A stretch of 64,000 bases of DNA, from the NCBI RefSeq assembly GCF_902713615.1, contig NC_052154.1, positions 80,951,072 to 81,015,071 of the forward strand, in the 5' to 3' direction. Below the pieces are notes generated by a model. That model saw nothing but the letters and a program-made list of their open reading frames with translations, was not told the origin of the DNA and made no database searches. Positions within the stretch are counted from its first letter, which is position 1. The number at the start of each line of letters is the position of its first letter. This DNA comes from Scyliorhinus canicula. Taxonomy: Eukaryota. Positions 39,281 to 51,556 of the stretch are shown one piece after another. A program made the translations under genes and the position numbers.

Positions 39281-40314
39281 CTGCGGGACACACAATTAAC
39301 ATAGTTGAGCTACTGTGCACTATTGGAATAAATCAAATATATTTCTGATTGACTTTCGCTCTGTTTTCCTACATTAGGACCAGTGGCAATTCTAATCTCC
39401 TGTCTTTTTACTATTATGCACACCATCTAATTACAATTCACCTTTCTCTCTCATAAAGACCGCTTTCGGTTAACTTTACCATGGTGTCAAACCCAAAGTT
39501 CTCGAATTACTTGGAAAGCAAGGCGGAATGATTTGCTAACCAATGTTTGGTTTACATCGCCTGTAAACCAAGGCGATATAAATCAAACATCATTCGGCTT
39601 TGGTGGGCAAATCGGCTTACTGATTCCTCGATGTGCTTGATGTGTGGTGATAGTGAAAAAATAGGCATTTTCTTGACGATAAATGGAACGATTCATCGTC
39701 TCTGAACAATTCAGAACCCGAGCATGACCAATGGAAACAAATTATATTCAGTTGAAACTCTCGAGGTTTCATCAACATTGCCTCTCTGTAGTGTCGTATT
39801 TGTTGAGAAGTTCGAGACGTGACAAGCATACGTGTTTCAAACTCCAGTCCATTGAGTGAATCAACTGCTTTATAGTTAGCAGCACATTAGCATCCAAATC
39901 AATACCGTATCATCATGTGAGATTTCATTTCAGAAATATTAATCTCCAAGTGATTAATGAGGACAGACAGAATATCAAAACTGGACGAACAACCATGTAC
40001 ATTTTGGGAGAGGCCCGTTAATATGGACAATTTTCCGTCAGCTATATTTTAGGAATTCATTACAAATTTCTGCTATTAGTTAATTTATTTGTACTCATAA
40101 TTAGAAGCTAGTCGATTTATATTGCGAAGATATGCAAACTTCACCGTGTCACATCGCATGCATAATTAGTATTTCGATACAGAGCACCCAGATATACATT
40201 AACTTAACTTAAATATGTTCATAGACATGTTTTACTGACAGAAGTGATGCACAGCCACGATTGTTGTGTTTGATATATTTATAGCGGTCTCGTTCTCCTG
40301 TGCTCCAAACTTAC

Positions 40315-40635
40315 CATGCACAATTAGATGCGATCCGGTTCCATTTCTTCCAAGTAGTCCATGACGGATCACAGAGCAGTGATAGATTCCAGCGTCTTCC
40401 AATGTCGCGCCCAGCAACTGAAAGAACCCGCTCACTTTACCTTCCTGACCAAACCGTTTTCTCTTGTCTGCGCTTGAACGAAGGTATTCATTCTCGCCAT
40501 TCTTCCACCATAATATCCGGACCCAGGATTGTTCTTTAAAAATGGGTAATATGCAGTAGAAGGTGACGTTCCCCCCTCTGGATATAGTCACTTCTTCTGG
40601 TGTTTGAGACACACTGAAAGAAACGCGGTCCGCAG
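40315..40635 (-). CDS. Ig receptor gene 1, V-set exon with germline-joined J-like strand
   Basis: atttctgacag acceptor, gtaagt donor, 321 nt, phase 1-1; FYC, WWK, DAGIYHC, GRNGTGSHLIV. Confidence 0.93.
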
Positions 40636-40803
40636 CTGTCAGAAATATAGACAAACACAGGTTAATCGCATGAGCTAAGGCATGAGGATGGACGATCAAA
40701 ATTTAACCCAGACAAAGGAAATAAGATTAGCTAAATTATTATGAAAATTACCTAGGAGGAAGTTTATTAATTAAGGTAAGTGGGCAAATAAATAAATTAG
40801 TAC

Positions 40804-40858
40804 CTGTGTGACTAACCCCTCGGAGAATGATCCATATAAAAACCATACAAGTTGCCAT
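40804..40858 (-). CDS. Ig receptor gene 1, leader exon (MATCMVFIWIILRGVSHT)
   Basis: ATG, hydrophobic 18 codons + 1 nt, gtacta donor, phase 1; 168-nt intron to the V exon. Confidence 0.85.
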
Positions 40859-40916
40859 TTTTATCAATGGACCGAATCGTTGAGTCTCTGCGAGCGTGTA
40901 ACGGTGAAAAATAGTT

Positions 40917-40964
40917 TGCGGTTAGTTTTCTATCAGCGGCGTCACAATGACATCTGACATCCGG
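40917..40964 (-). promoter_or_regulatory. Candidate proximal promoter with RUNX/GATA/CRE-half/ETS-like motifs
   Basis: TGCGGTT 40917-40923, CTATCA 40930-40935, GCGTCA 40939-40944 and ACATCCGG 40957-40964 lie 60-110 bp upstream of the ATG; short motifs, so chance occurrence is possible. Confidence 0.35.
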
Positions 40965-42493
40965 CAACCGGGTGCTCAGAAATCAAGATTCGTTTTGTGA
41001 AGTGGGATTTTCTCATTTATGCAATTATTTTACATCTGGAATCACTTGTTTTACGGACATCGAAAGGTAAGGGAAATATAGATTTTCTAACTCTGAATTT
41101 ACTCACATCGCCGAGTCGGTTATGTTTCTTGGCAGCTAACGGCATTCTAACCAGGATGGAGAACAGCGGCGAAGCGCCGACCAATCGTGGCTTGCTCGAA
41201 TATGTCAAAGACTATATAGGGGTTGAGAACGGCCATATTCACAAATATTGTAATACTGGGCAGTGTATTTATTGTCTGTCTGATTTGGGAAACCGCACGG
41301 AGAGACTCAAAGGGGATCTGTGAGCTGACAACAGCTTGGCTGTCACCATGCACACGTGGAGGTTGGAGACGTGGTGCCAGTTTGGAAGGTGAGCGCAGTG
41401 AGTTAATTGAAAGGAGGGGTGACATTGGTTTCCAATGAGGCCGTGTCTTCGGAAAAACCCGCGCTTTATATCACAACTCTCTGATAAAAATCACCGGCTG
41501 CTTATTCCGCATTGGGACCACGCAGAACGAGCTGGGAATGGGGTAAGGCATGTTTAGAGGGTGCTTGCCGGAAGAAGAAAATACGTTTCTGAGGAACAGA
41601 GTATCTGGGATGTGGTCGGCTGTGCAAGAGAGTTTTGTTCCCGTAGACAAGTGTTAAAGTCTTTAAAATTATCTGTCACCAGACGAGAAGGATTTCACTT
41701 GCAGGTTGCGAGTTGCCGGGTGGGTGGTGGGCAGATCGGTGGGGGGGGGGGGGGGGGGGGGGTGCGCTAGGAGGTAGCGGTGGATGGTGAAGGTGAGAGT
41801 TGACGCTGGATAGGGAAGCAAATATTTGATTATCGTTACGCTCCACATGAGCGGGATCGGTGGCACACAGCCATAGCGCCATGGACCCGGGTTTGATTCC
41901 AACCTTGGGTGATTGCGTGTGTTTCCACCGGGTGCTCCGGTTTCGTACCACAGTCCAAATACCTGCAGGTTAGGTGGCGTTGCGGGGTTAAGGTGGGGCG
42001 AGTGCCTGGGTAAGGTGCTCTTTCGGAGGGTTGGTGCAGACTGTAGGGATTCTATGGATTCTGTTGATACCAATACATAAACAGTGAAGACTAATTGTTG
42101 CAAAGGTACCAAAACAACGAAAGTCATTTATCTGAATTCGCATAGCATTCGTAAAGAGGTTAAGGAAAGCATCACACTCATGGAAAAGTCACATAACCAC
42201 ACAAAGATAAATGACAAGTCAGTTGATTGGTCAGGACATAGCGAATGGCAAAGATTTACTAAAAGGTTAATCAGGAGGAATTAATTAGAATAAAAGAGGA
42301 TGTTACCTAGAAATGTAAAGGAAAACGACATTAATAATTTCTACAGATATTTAAAAAGGACAATTAAGTCAATTCAGTGTTGGTCCTCTGGAGGGTGACA
42401 TTGGGGAGTTAATAGTAGCTAATCAGTTAATAGCGGGTGAAATAAACAAATATTTTACTTCTGCCTTCATTATAGAGCACACAAAAACAATCC

Positions 42494-42620
42494 AGTAAGA
42501 AGTCTTACAACACCAAGTTAAAGTCCGACAGCTCGTGTTTGAAACAAACCTGTTGGACTTTAACCTGTTGTAAGACTTCTTACTGTGCCCACCCCAGTCC
42601 AACGCCGGCATCTCCACATC
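42494..42620. repeat. Short inverted-repeat Penelope-like terminal fragment
   Basis: agtaagaagtcttacaaca...ttgtaagacttcttact hairpin; same family as 49949-50346. Confidence 0.7.
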
Positions 42621-42924
42621 AAAACAATCCAGAAATAGCAGTAAATCACCAGGTGGAAGCGGAGAGGAATTTGGTGAAATTAGAATCACTAAGGAAGCAT
42701 TACTGAACAAACTGACTGAGCAGCAGGTGGACAAGTCTCCGGTTCCATGTGGACTTCATCTCAGGGACTTAAAACAGTGGTTACTGGGGTAGTAAAGGTG
42801 TTCCTGTTAATTTTCCAAAATTCGCAAGATTCTACAAAAGTTGCATCAGGCTGGAATGTAGCAAATATAGTCTCACTATTCAAAAGGGGAGAGTGGCAGA
42901 AAACAGGAAACTATAGGACAGTCA

Positions 42925-43228
42925 ACTTTTTAAAAAAAATAATCGTTATTGTCACAAGTAGACATTCAATAACACTGCAATGAAGTTACTGTGACACGCC
43001 CCGATTTCCACATACCGCGCCTGTTCGGTACAGAGCAGGAGAATTCAGAATGTCCAAATTACCAAACACCACATCTTTCGGGACTTCTGGGAGGAAACCG
43101 GAGCCCCCAGAGGAAACCCACGCAGAGAACGTGCAGACTCCACACATACAGTGACCCAAGCCAGGAATCGAACCTGGGACCCTGGAGCTATGAAGCAATA
43201 GTGCTACCCACTGCTACCATGCTGCCCT
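42925..43228 (-). mobile_element. V-SINE
   Basis: V-domain and tRNA-like head on the minus strand. Confidence 0.85.
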
Positions 43229-44399
43229 ATCGTAGGGCCACCTGTCGTAGAGAAGGTGTTAGAATAGACCATTAAGGAATTTATTGATGAACATTTTTTA
43301 AAAATCAATGTAATTGTGAAGAGCAAGCATAGTTTCAGGAAAATCAGCTTTGTTAACCAATTTATTGGAATTTTGAAGGAGTAAAATGTGCTGTGGAGAA
43401 GGGGCAGGGGATTTTAGATGAACTGTACTTTTTCATTTTCATTTTGATCAACGGGTCTTTGCAGAAAATAAAATCCCATCATGTAGAAAATAAAAGCCCA
43501 TCATGTTCATATATCTATGAACATGAATATATGATTTAATGGATGGCAGAAAACAGCGAGTATGGATTAACTGGCCTTTTTCTGATTGGCAGAATGTGGT
43601 GACTGGAGTCTCGTAGGGGTCTGTTCTGAACCACAACTTTCTACAATTTACGTCAATGGTATTGATGATGGAAGTGAAGGCATGGTAGCTGACTTTCAAG
43701 ATGGAGTGACGATAGGTAGGAAAGTATGATGTGAAGAAGACATGAAGAGCTAGCAAATGGATGTAGCTAGATTGAATGGTGGGGCAAATATCTGGCAAAT
43801 GGGGCACAATATGCAAATTGCGATGTTTTTCACTTTGGCAAGCGGAGTAAAAAAGGAGGTGTTACTTAAGCGGAGAACAACTGCAGAAGTCCGAGTATTC
43901 AAGTACAGCAAATAATTAAGATGGCTAATGGAATGATTGTCTTCATTATGAGATGAATTGAACGTAAAATTATAGATGCCATGATACAGTTACACGGAGC
44001 ATTGGCTTGGCCACATCTTGAATTCTGTGTGCAGTTTTGGCATCTGTATATATATAGAAGGTTTTAAATGCGTTGAAGGCGGTTCAAACGGTTTACTAGA
44101 TGAATACGTTTGTCTTAAAGAGGAAAAAGTAGGCGGATTAGTCTTGCTTCCACTAGATCTTAGACGAGTGAGAGATCACTTGTTTGAAGGATGAAAGATG
44201 TTGGACGTGACTGAGAAAGTGGACTACTATAAAATTAAAACAGTGCCCTTTTAGAACAGAGATCTCAGACAGTTATGCGTCACAGTAACCCTCTGCCTCA
44301 GAGAGCGTTGGAGACCGGGTCGTTGGTTACCTTCAAGGCAGAAAACGATGGATTATTGTTAGGCACGGTAATAATGGTTATTGGGGTGGAGGGATTTTT

Positions 44400-44775
44400 G
44401 TCGTTATTCTTTCCTAGGATGTGGTCGCAGCTGGCAGGGCCAGCATTAATAGCCCTAGCCAAATTCACTAGAAACTGAATGGCTGGCTATAACAGTTCAG
44501 AAGGCGTTTACGAAGCATCCACGTTTCTGTGGTTCTGGAGTTGCTTGCACGGCAGACTGGTTAAGCATGGTAGATATCATTCCCTAAAGGACAACAGTGG
44601 ACCAAAAATTTTTTTTATGACAATCGCCAATGGTTTCATGGTCATGACACTTCATCCCAGATTTGTTATCACTGAATTCAAATTTCACCATCTGCCGTGG
44701 TGGGCTTTGAACTCTTGTCCACAAAACAGTACGTTGTGTCTCTGAATTACTAGTCCACTGACAACACCACTGGGC
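44400..44775 (-). mobile_element. Old tRNA-derived SINE (second family)
   Basis: Minus-strand head with gagttcaaagccc B box; homologous to 32915-33300. Confidence 0.55.
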
Positions 44776-45479
44776 CCTCGCCTGTAAAACACAAGCCGAA
44801 CAGTTATGACCTTGTTGAATGGCGGAGAAGGCCAGAGGAGACGAATAACCTACTTCTGCCCCTATTTCGCATGTTTGCCCCTGTTCCATGCTTCGGTATT
44901 TAATTGACGAGGACATCGACAGGGAGATAGACAAGCAGGATGTGCATGTAACAAAGGGAATCTGTGGCAATGGATGCTGGGCTAACCGTAATCTCATTTC
45001 AGAGTTACAGAGCACACTATATCCTGCAAGCCAACTGCCCTCTCCATGTAGATCAAGAAGTGTCTCAATATCTGATAGTTCAAACAGGAAATGATGAAGG
45101 AATCTTCCTCTGAGGTACTCACGAGACGCCTCTATAAAGCAACAATAGTAACCTCATCAAAGATAATTAGGTGGCCTTCAGGCATAACGCGGACTTCATT
45201 GTTCCCGAGGCCCTTGACCGGACCTCTTATAACACGAAGATTGGTGAGACGAAAATCACGAGGGTCATCCAGATACAACTGTTGCAGGGGCAGCATATCC
45301 ACAAGGATTACTTCAATGACGAGTCGTCACTATCCAAGAACGATGGCCACTGACACGTCCACAGGACAGTCTAATGCAAGCTCAGAGAAATGTAAGAAAC
45401 TTCAGTGAATCAGAAAGCAGACGAACCTCAGTAATATACCAATGCCAATGACTAAAAGTTATATTATGATACCCTGAAA

Positions 45480-47560
45480 TCTCTCTGCTGGCCCTAGTTT
45501 ACTGGCTCATCAACAATTCTCAGTGCTGTGCTCACATGCAAAGTTGAAGTTCGAGAAAGATGGCCACAGCTTGTAAAATACATTTTCAGTCAGTCTTTAT
45601 CCATCAATGAAGTATCGACCAACAGTATTCCACAGACTTACATGAAATATTTTCTTGCCGACCTTCTCTCACCCCCCCCCCCCCCCCCCCCACCTCCACA
45701 CTATGATGCTTTTAGGAACAATGAAAGACCTCTAGCTCCTGGATATCGGGAAAGCTCCAGGCACTGATGATACATCGACAGACATCAAAAAGCTGGGGTC
45801 AAGGGCTAATCAAGAAAGTCACTCTACTCTTTCAGCCTGTGTGAGAGCAAGGGACCATCCCACAAGAATAAAACAATGTCCCCATTTTTCACCTATGGAA
45901 ACGGAAAGAAGTTTTTCAATCTTGTGCTATCAAAGAAGAATACATTTCCTCTCTATAACTAGGTAAATCTTTACCCAAATCCCCCTGAAGTACTCGGTAT
46001 AACATCTTCAACAAGATGTTCCGTCAGAGAATCTGCGGTTTCAGAACAATGTCCAGGAACCACTGATATGGTGTTCTAGGTTGGATAGCTCCAGGAGAAA
46101 TGTGACAAAAACAGCATGAACATCAAACTGATGCATGTTGGACTGACCAGAACATCGACTCAGCCATAAGGGAATTGGAAGGTAATGTAGAAATTTGGCT
46201 ACCCTGACGAATTCAGCACAAAGGTTCGACAACGTGCCCTGAACGAAAGTGTGTCTTCTGACATCTACTGAGTCACTGAAGAGCTAAAGAAGGCTGCATG
46301 CTAGCAACAACCCTCTTGGCATGTTTTCCCTGCAATGCCTTCTCTAATACTTGCTATGACGTTGCTCCTTTCACCGAATTCAAATATTATACGGGCGGGA
46401 AGCGCTTCAATATGAGGCAACTCCGGGACATGGTTCACGAATTCCTGTTTATTGATGACTGTGTACAAACTGCAAGATTGGAGCTCAGCAACCAACATAG
46501 AATCATAGAATCCCTACATTGCAGAAGGAAGCCATTCGGCCCATCGAGTCAGCACCGACCCTCCAAAAATGCACCCTACCTCGGTCCAATCCCCCGCAAC
46601 CCTGTCTAACCTTTTGTCGGTTCGGGACAATTTAACATGCACAGTCCACCTAACCTCCACATCTGTGGACTGTAGGAGGAAACCGGAACACCCGAGGAAA
46701 CCCACGCAGAACCGGGGAGAATGTACAAACACCACATGGACAGTCCCCCAAGGTCGGATCGAAGAGGGACCCTGGCGCTGTGTGGCAGCACGGTTCGCCA
46801 CCGATTCACAGTGCCATATAGATTTGTTCTTTAAAGCATGTGAGAATTCATTATCAGCAGGAAGAAAACTGCAGTAATTTACCAGCCTGCTCCAGCGAAG
46901 CTCCGCTTCGAGTCCAATGTTTGAGTCCATGAGTTCGAACATGAGCAGTGTCTGCAGTGCAACGTTCGCTTATCTCAGCAGCATTCTCCCTCTCGATCTG
47001 CCAAGCTGAGATGAGGCACGTGCAATAATTTCGAAAGCTATTGTATCCGTCGGCAGTCTTCAAACAACAATCTGTGAATGACGGCAAGTCTGTCTCCCAA
47101 ACTGAAATTCTATAGAGCAATTTTCATGTCCCCTTTTCTCTATGCAAGGCGTTCACTGGACTGTGTACATGTATCATGCCAAGAAGCTTAATCCCTTTCA
47201 CTTGAGGTACCCTTGAAAGTTTCTAAATGTCATAAAGCAGTAGGCAAACACCAGAAACTGAGGTACATGCCCGTGTCATGCTAAGCACCCACAACTGAAT
47301 GAGAGATTCACAACAAGTCCGGATTGTGTATATGGGCAGAATTCCTGATACCCGCCTACCAAATGGAGTCTTTAATAGAGAGCTCGAGTCTGGGAAGTAA
47401 TCTCATGGTGGCCAAAGGCAGAGCTGCAAGGATATGATGAAAACATTGCTAAGGCGTTTTGACATTAACTCCGAGTCCTGGGTGAAAGTCAGCCAGGATT
47501 ATGACACCATGTGCAGCAACGCAAACATTGTGCAGTATTCTGTCCCATTTGCAATCCCCA
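45480..47560 (+). mobile_element. Degraded RTE-clade LINE (RT to C-terminus)
   Basis: Decayed matches to GKAPG, GTIPQE, FKYYTGGKRFNMRQL, FLFIDDC, PDTRLP, LLRRFDINSESW. Confidence 0.8.
46497..46810 (-). mobile_element. V-SINE nested in RTE
   Basis: catagaatcatagaatcc tail and V-domain. Confidence 0.85.
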
Positions 47561-48224
47561 ACGGTGCCTTCAGAACATACGAATATATGAAGAAGGAGCA
47601 AGAGTCGCTCATTCAGGCTTTCAAGCCTGCTGGGGCATTCAGTAAGATTATGCCAGATTTAGTATTTGCCTTAAATTTGCATTCCGGCTACGCCTAGTAA
47701 CCTATCGACCCGTTGCTTAGCAAGGATCTCTTCATGTCTGCCTTAAAAATATTCAAAGACTTCACATCCAAAATCTTTTCAGTAAGATTCACAACTCTGA
47801 ACAAATTCGCTTAATTTCCGTTATAAATGGGTGACCGCTTGTTTTTATACAGTGTCCTCTAGTTTTAGATTCTCCCACAAGGGGCGACATCCTCTCCATA
47901 TCCACCCTGACCAGACACCTCGGGATCTCTGATGTGACGCTTAATACGCTTCTTCATCTTCTGAACTCCATAGGAGCCTGAGTAACCTCCCCTCACAAAG
48001 CAATCCACCCATTCCAGGTATTAGTCTGGTAAACGTTCTCTGGACTGCTTCCAACACGTTTACATCATTCCTTCAATAAGCCGACCAATATTGTGCACAT
48101 CCAGATGTGGTCTTACTTGTGCACTGTGCAACTGAAGCATAACCTCCCAACTTTGTTATCAATTTCCTATGCATAAAATTATAACATTCCATACATATTC
48201 CGAATTACTTGATGAGCGGTATTC

Positions 48225-49750
48225 TTCGTAGGCCGACGCCAAAATCGGGAAACACGATTGGCTGACAATTGGTTCTGATGCCGAAATCGCAGCGGGCACT
48301 GATTTCATGCCAAATCGCAATTCTCCGTCGCATCGACAGCGGCCTTAATGCATTCCAGAATGCCTGTACAGTAAATGCTGTTTACATAACATTAGTGGGC
48401 CTGACCCGGTATTCTCCGAGGCCTCCGTCATTCAATGCATTCGATGGGCAGAATTCCCGATGGCGCACTTCACTTGTGTTTTTAACAATCGTGAAACCGG
48501 CGTTGTGGCTGATGACGGAGAGAGAGACGGTAAGACATAGAGGGGTGCGAATGTGGGCTATTGGGCCGGACAGTGGCCGGGCTGAATGATGTGGGAGGGC
48601 CCTGCCAGGGTCAGGGGGTGAAGGCGGAATGGGCAGTGTAGCCAGGGTGACCCCGATGAAACTGGGGCAGTGTCCATGAACGGACCACCATTACCAGGGC
48701 CTGCAAGGCAGCCTTCTTTCAGCGTACCCCACTGACTGCCCACCTTGGCCTTAGCTCTGCAGAGTGACACCGGACGTATGGGTACCCTCCCCCTCCACAC
48801 CACACCCAGCTTCTGCCATACTATGCACCAACCAACCGTCACCTGCTGGCAGGGCATTAGTTGGTCAACCAAGGACAATGAACAATGTAGCCCCTAAAGG
48901 GTCGCCAGGCAGGGACGGTGAAGCATACTGCTGGCATGGGCAGCACCAGCGGCTGGTACCCCTGGCAGCAGGGATCGGCACCAGGGCCACAGTTCCCAAA
49001 GTGCCGGGCACTGATGGGGCGAGGGGTTCGGGGATGGGGTGGGAGACATGACGGAGCACAGTCGGCAGAGCCAGCTGGGGATAGGATGTAGTCCATTGGA
49101 CTTGGTAGGGCACGGGAATACGCACTATGTTAACATGTTGGCATTTCACCCCCTGCAAAAATCGGATATTGGAATTCAACCACAATGAAATCAAATGAAA
49201 ATCGCTTATTATCACAAGTAGGCTTCAGTGAAGGTACTGTGAAAAGCCCCTAGTCGCCACATTCCGGCACCTGTTCGGGGAGGCTGGTAAGGAAATTGAA
49301 CCGTGCTGCTGGCCTGCTTGGTCTGCTTTAAAAGCCAGCGATTTAGCCGAGTGCGCTAAGGTGGCCTTCCTGTTAATTGCCTCAGCCCTGGGGATGCTCT
49401 ATGTCTGTACAAGCTGGCATTGGTCGAGGAGGAGAAAGCTGCAGCAGCAGAGCATGCAACAGGGGAGCGTACAGGATTGGAGCCTGCCCCAGAGGAACAG
49501 GAGGCAGACACCAAGATGGACAGATAGCATCCCAACAGGCGGAGGAAGAGGTGCCAAGGAGGCACCACATGAGGCCTCATATGTACCCGAAGAGCTTGAC
49601 ATTCGAGAACCTGCCAGACCAGGCATGTCGTTGAAGATTCCAGAACAGGGGAACAGTGCGATATATCTACCTGATCCTGGCACATCTGCCACCGTGGGTG
49701 AATGGGGGAGGACACCCGCTCCTGGAGCCATCAAGGTGATGGTTTGCCCT
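48225..49750 (+). mobile_element. PIF/Harbinger-like DNA transposon remnant (transposase N-terminal fragment at about 49565-49750)
   Basis: RPHMYPKSLTFENLPDQACR*RFQNRGTVRYIYLILAHL...GGGHPL resembles HARBI1-type transposase N-termini; a SINE is inserted at about 49190-49358. Confidence 0.55.
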
Positions 49751-49751
49751 G

Positions 49752-51330
49752 AGTGATTGTGCAAGACAATGAAATGTATATTCGGGAAATTAAACAAGAC
49801 GTTAAACAATAAACTGAGGGAAATGAAGAAACAAATCAAGCAGGATTAGATTTTGTGAAAATACTGGACGAGTATGCAAAAATGGTTAACCAAGAAAAGG
49901 TTCATGATTCAGGCCAGAATCAGAATTGAACTCTTTGCAGTATTTATGTAAATTATGATGTGGAGATGCCGGTGTTGGACTGGAGTGAGCACAGTAAGGA
50001 GTCTTACAATACCAGGTTAAAGTCCAGCAGGTTTGTTTCAATTTCAAACACTAGCTTTCTGAGCACTGCTCCTTCCTCAGGTGAATGAAATGGTATGTTC
50101 CAGAAAAATATATACAGACAAAGTCAAAGATGCAAGACAATGCTTTGAATGCGAGCCTTTGCAGTTAATTTAAGACTTAATTACCTGCAAATGCTCGCAT
50201 TCAAAGCATTGTCTTGCATCTTTGACTTTGTCTATATATATGTTTCTGGAACATACCTCTTCATTCACCTGAGGAAAGGGAAGTGCTCCAAATGCTAGTC
50301 TTTGAAACAAACCTGTTAAACTTTGATCTGGTGTTGTAAGACTTCTTTATGGAAATTGTTTGACAGAGGAAAAATGTGGAAGAATGTAATAAAGGATTGG
50401 TGCCATCATGGATTAGCAATGAGCAGTTACAAAACTTGACCAATAAGGACATTCACCCGAAAATTACAGGTGACAACTTAGACAGCTAACTAAAGTTTGG
50501 TTCAATTAAGATTGTAAAGTGATCAGTGGAAAAGCAATAGGGATGGTACTAGGGATTCCCATCATCCCACCTGACGAGTCCGGGGTGTGGGTCTTTGATT
50601 TCCATACAGGACCATACAGCACGATTTGCGAATGGGACACAAATGTACGCCCCTATGTGTGGTAGAACAGAATAAAACATGAGCAGGAACTATGCTGGAC
50701 AAATACAAACAAGCCAGAAAAATTATAATCTGTCCATATCCAATAAACCCCTCTGATCAAGCCAAGTGTGGATTTAAGTCAAATGAGAATGTCACTTCTA
50801 CCCCAGAGGTTAGAACCCAAAAAACAGATATCACAAACATCGTACTTGTAGGTAAAGAAAAATATTGTGTTACCACCTCAGTGAGAAGCTAACGGTATGG
50901 GACCAGCATATGTCCGTTGAGAACCTCAGGTTTTGCATAAAACCTCAGGTTTCAGCTAGAATTGTACAATTGAGTTAGTTGATACTTATAAACGAAAACA
51001 AGAGTGAATTGATGTCAAGGAGGAAATTAATTCGGAATTTAAGGATTATTGGGGAAAATATGTGACAAATATAGAACTGTTGCCAGAAATGTTAATAAAC
51101 GCCTTAAATATGCTTATATAACACACCAGCGGGTAGTACAATAAGTAAGTGTAATCAAAACCGACATAACTGAAATGAAGGAAACTAATTGGTAGGATGA
51201 TATTTGGAACTGGAGAACAAATATACAGCTTTACCCATGGAAATTAATTGTATCCAATTTATAATAATAACCATGCTTATTATTATATTGTTTGAAACTT
51301 ATTATAATTATGTCAAAGTACTGGAAAGTT
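49752..51330 (+). pseudogene. Decayed envelope/class I fusion glycoprotein gene (paramyxovirus-F-like), split by a Penelope-like insertion
   Basis: Across frameshifts: helical HR1-like block, GLVPSWISNEQL, GMVLGIPII, Cys-rich block (ORF 50692..50892), HR2-like block, W-rich NW*DDIWNW, then hydrophobic FIIITMLIIILF. Confidence 0.6.
49949..50346. mobile_element. Penelope-like inverted-repeat insertion (about 350-bp hairpin)
   Basis: Arms about 49995-50170 and 50177-50349 are near-perfect reverse complements; TTATG at 49944-49948 and 50347-50351. The family call rests on my recognition of a shark Penelope pseudo-LTR, not on coding sequence. Confidence 0.7.
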
Positions 51331-51556
51331 AAGATGGAAAAGAAATTAGACATGGAGTTGTGTTTGGAAAAACGGGAACGATTAATGGAAAAATGATATG
51401 CCAATGAATAATTATATATACATACATTGCTGCAATTGCTTTACGTAGTTATGATCAATTGTAACACAGCTTGGATTTGAATATCTACCTGATGGAAGAT
51501 CCGGCTAATGGTGTTTGTAACCCACTTCGCTCAATTTAGTGGATCAAATGGAGGAA

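Larger units (their letters stand above)
42100..44345 (+). mobile_element. Heavily degraded CR1 LINE with nested SINE and Penelope-like piece
   Basis: KVIYLNSHSIR endonuclease start; KRGEWQKTGNYRTV RT fragment; 3' RT DNA to about 44340. Confidence 0.75.
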
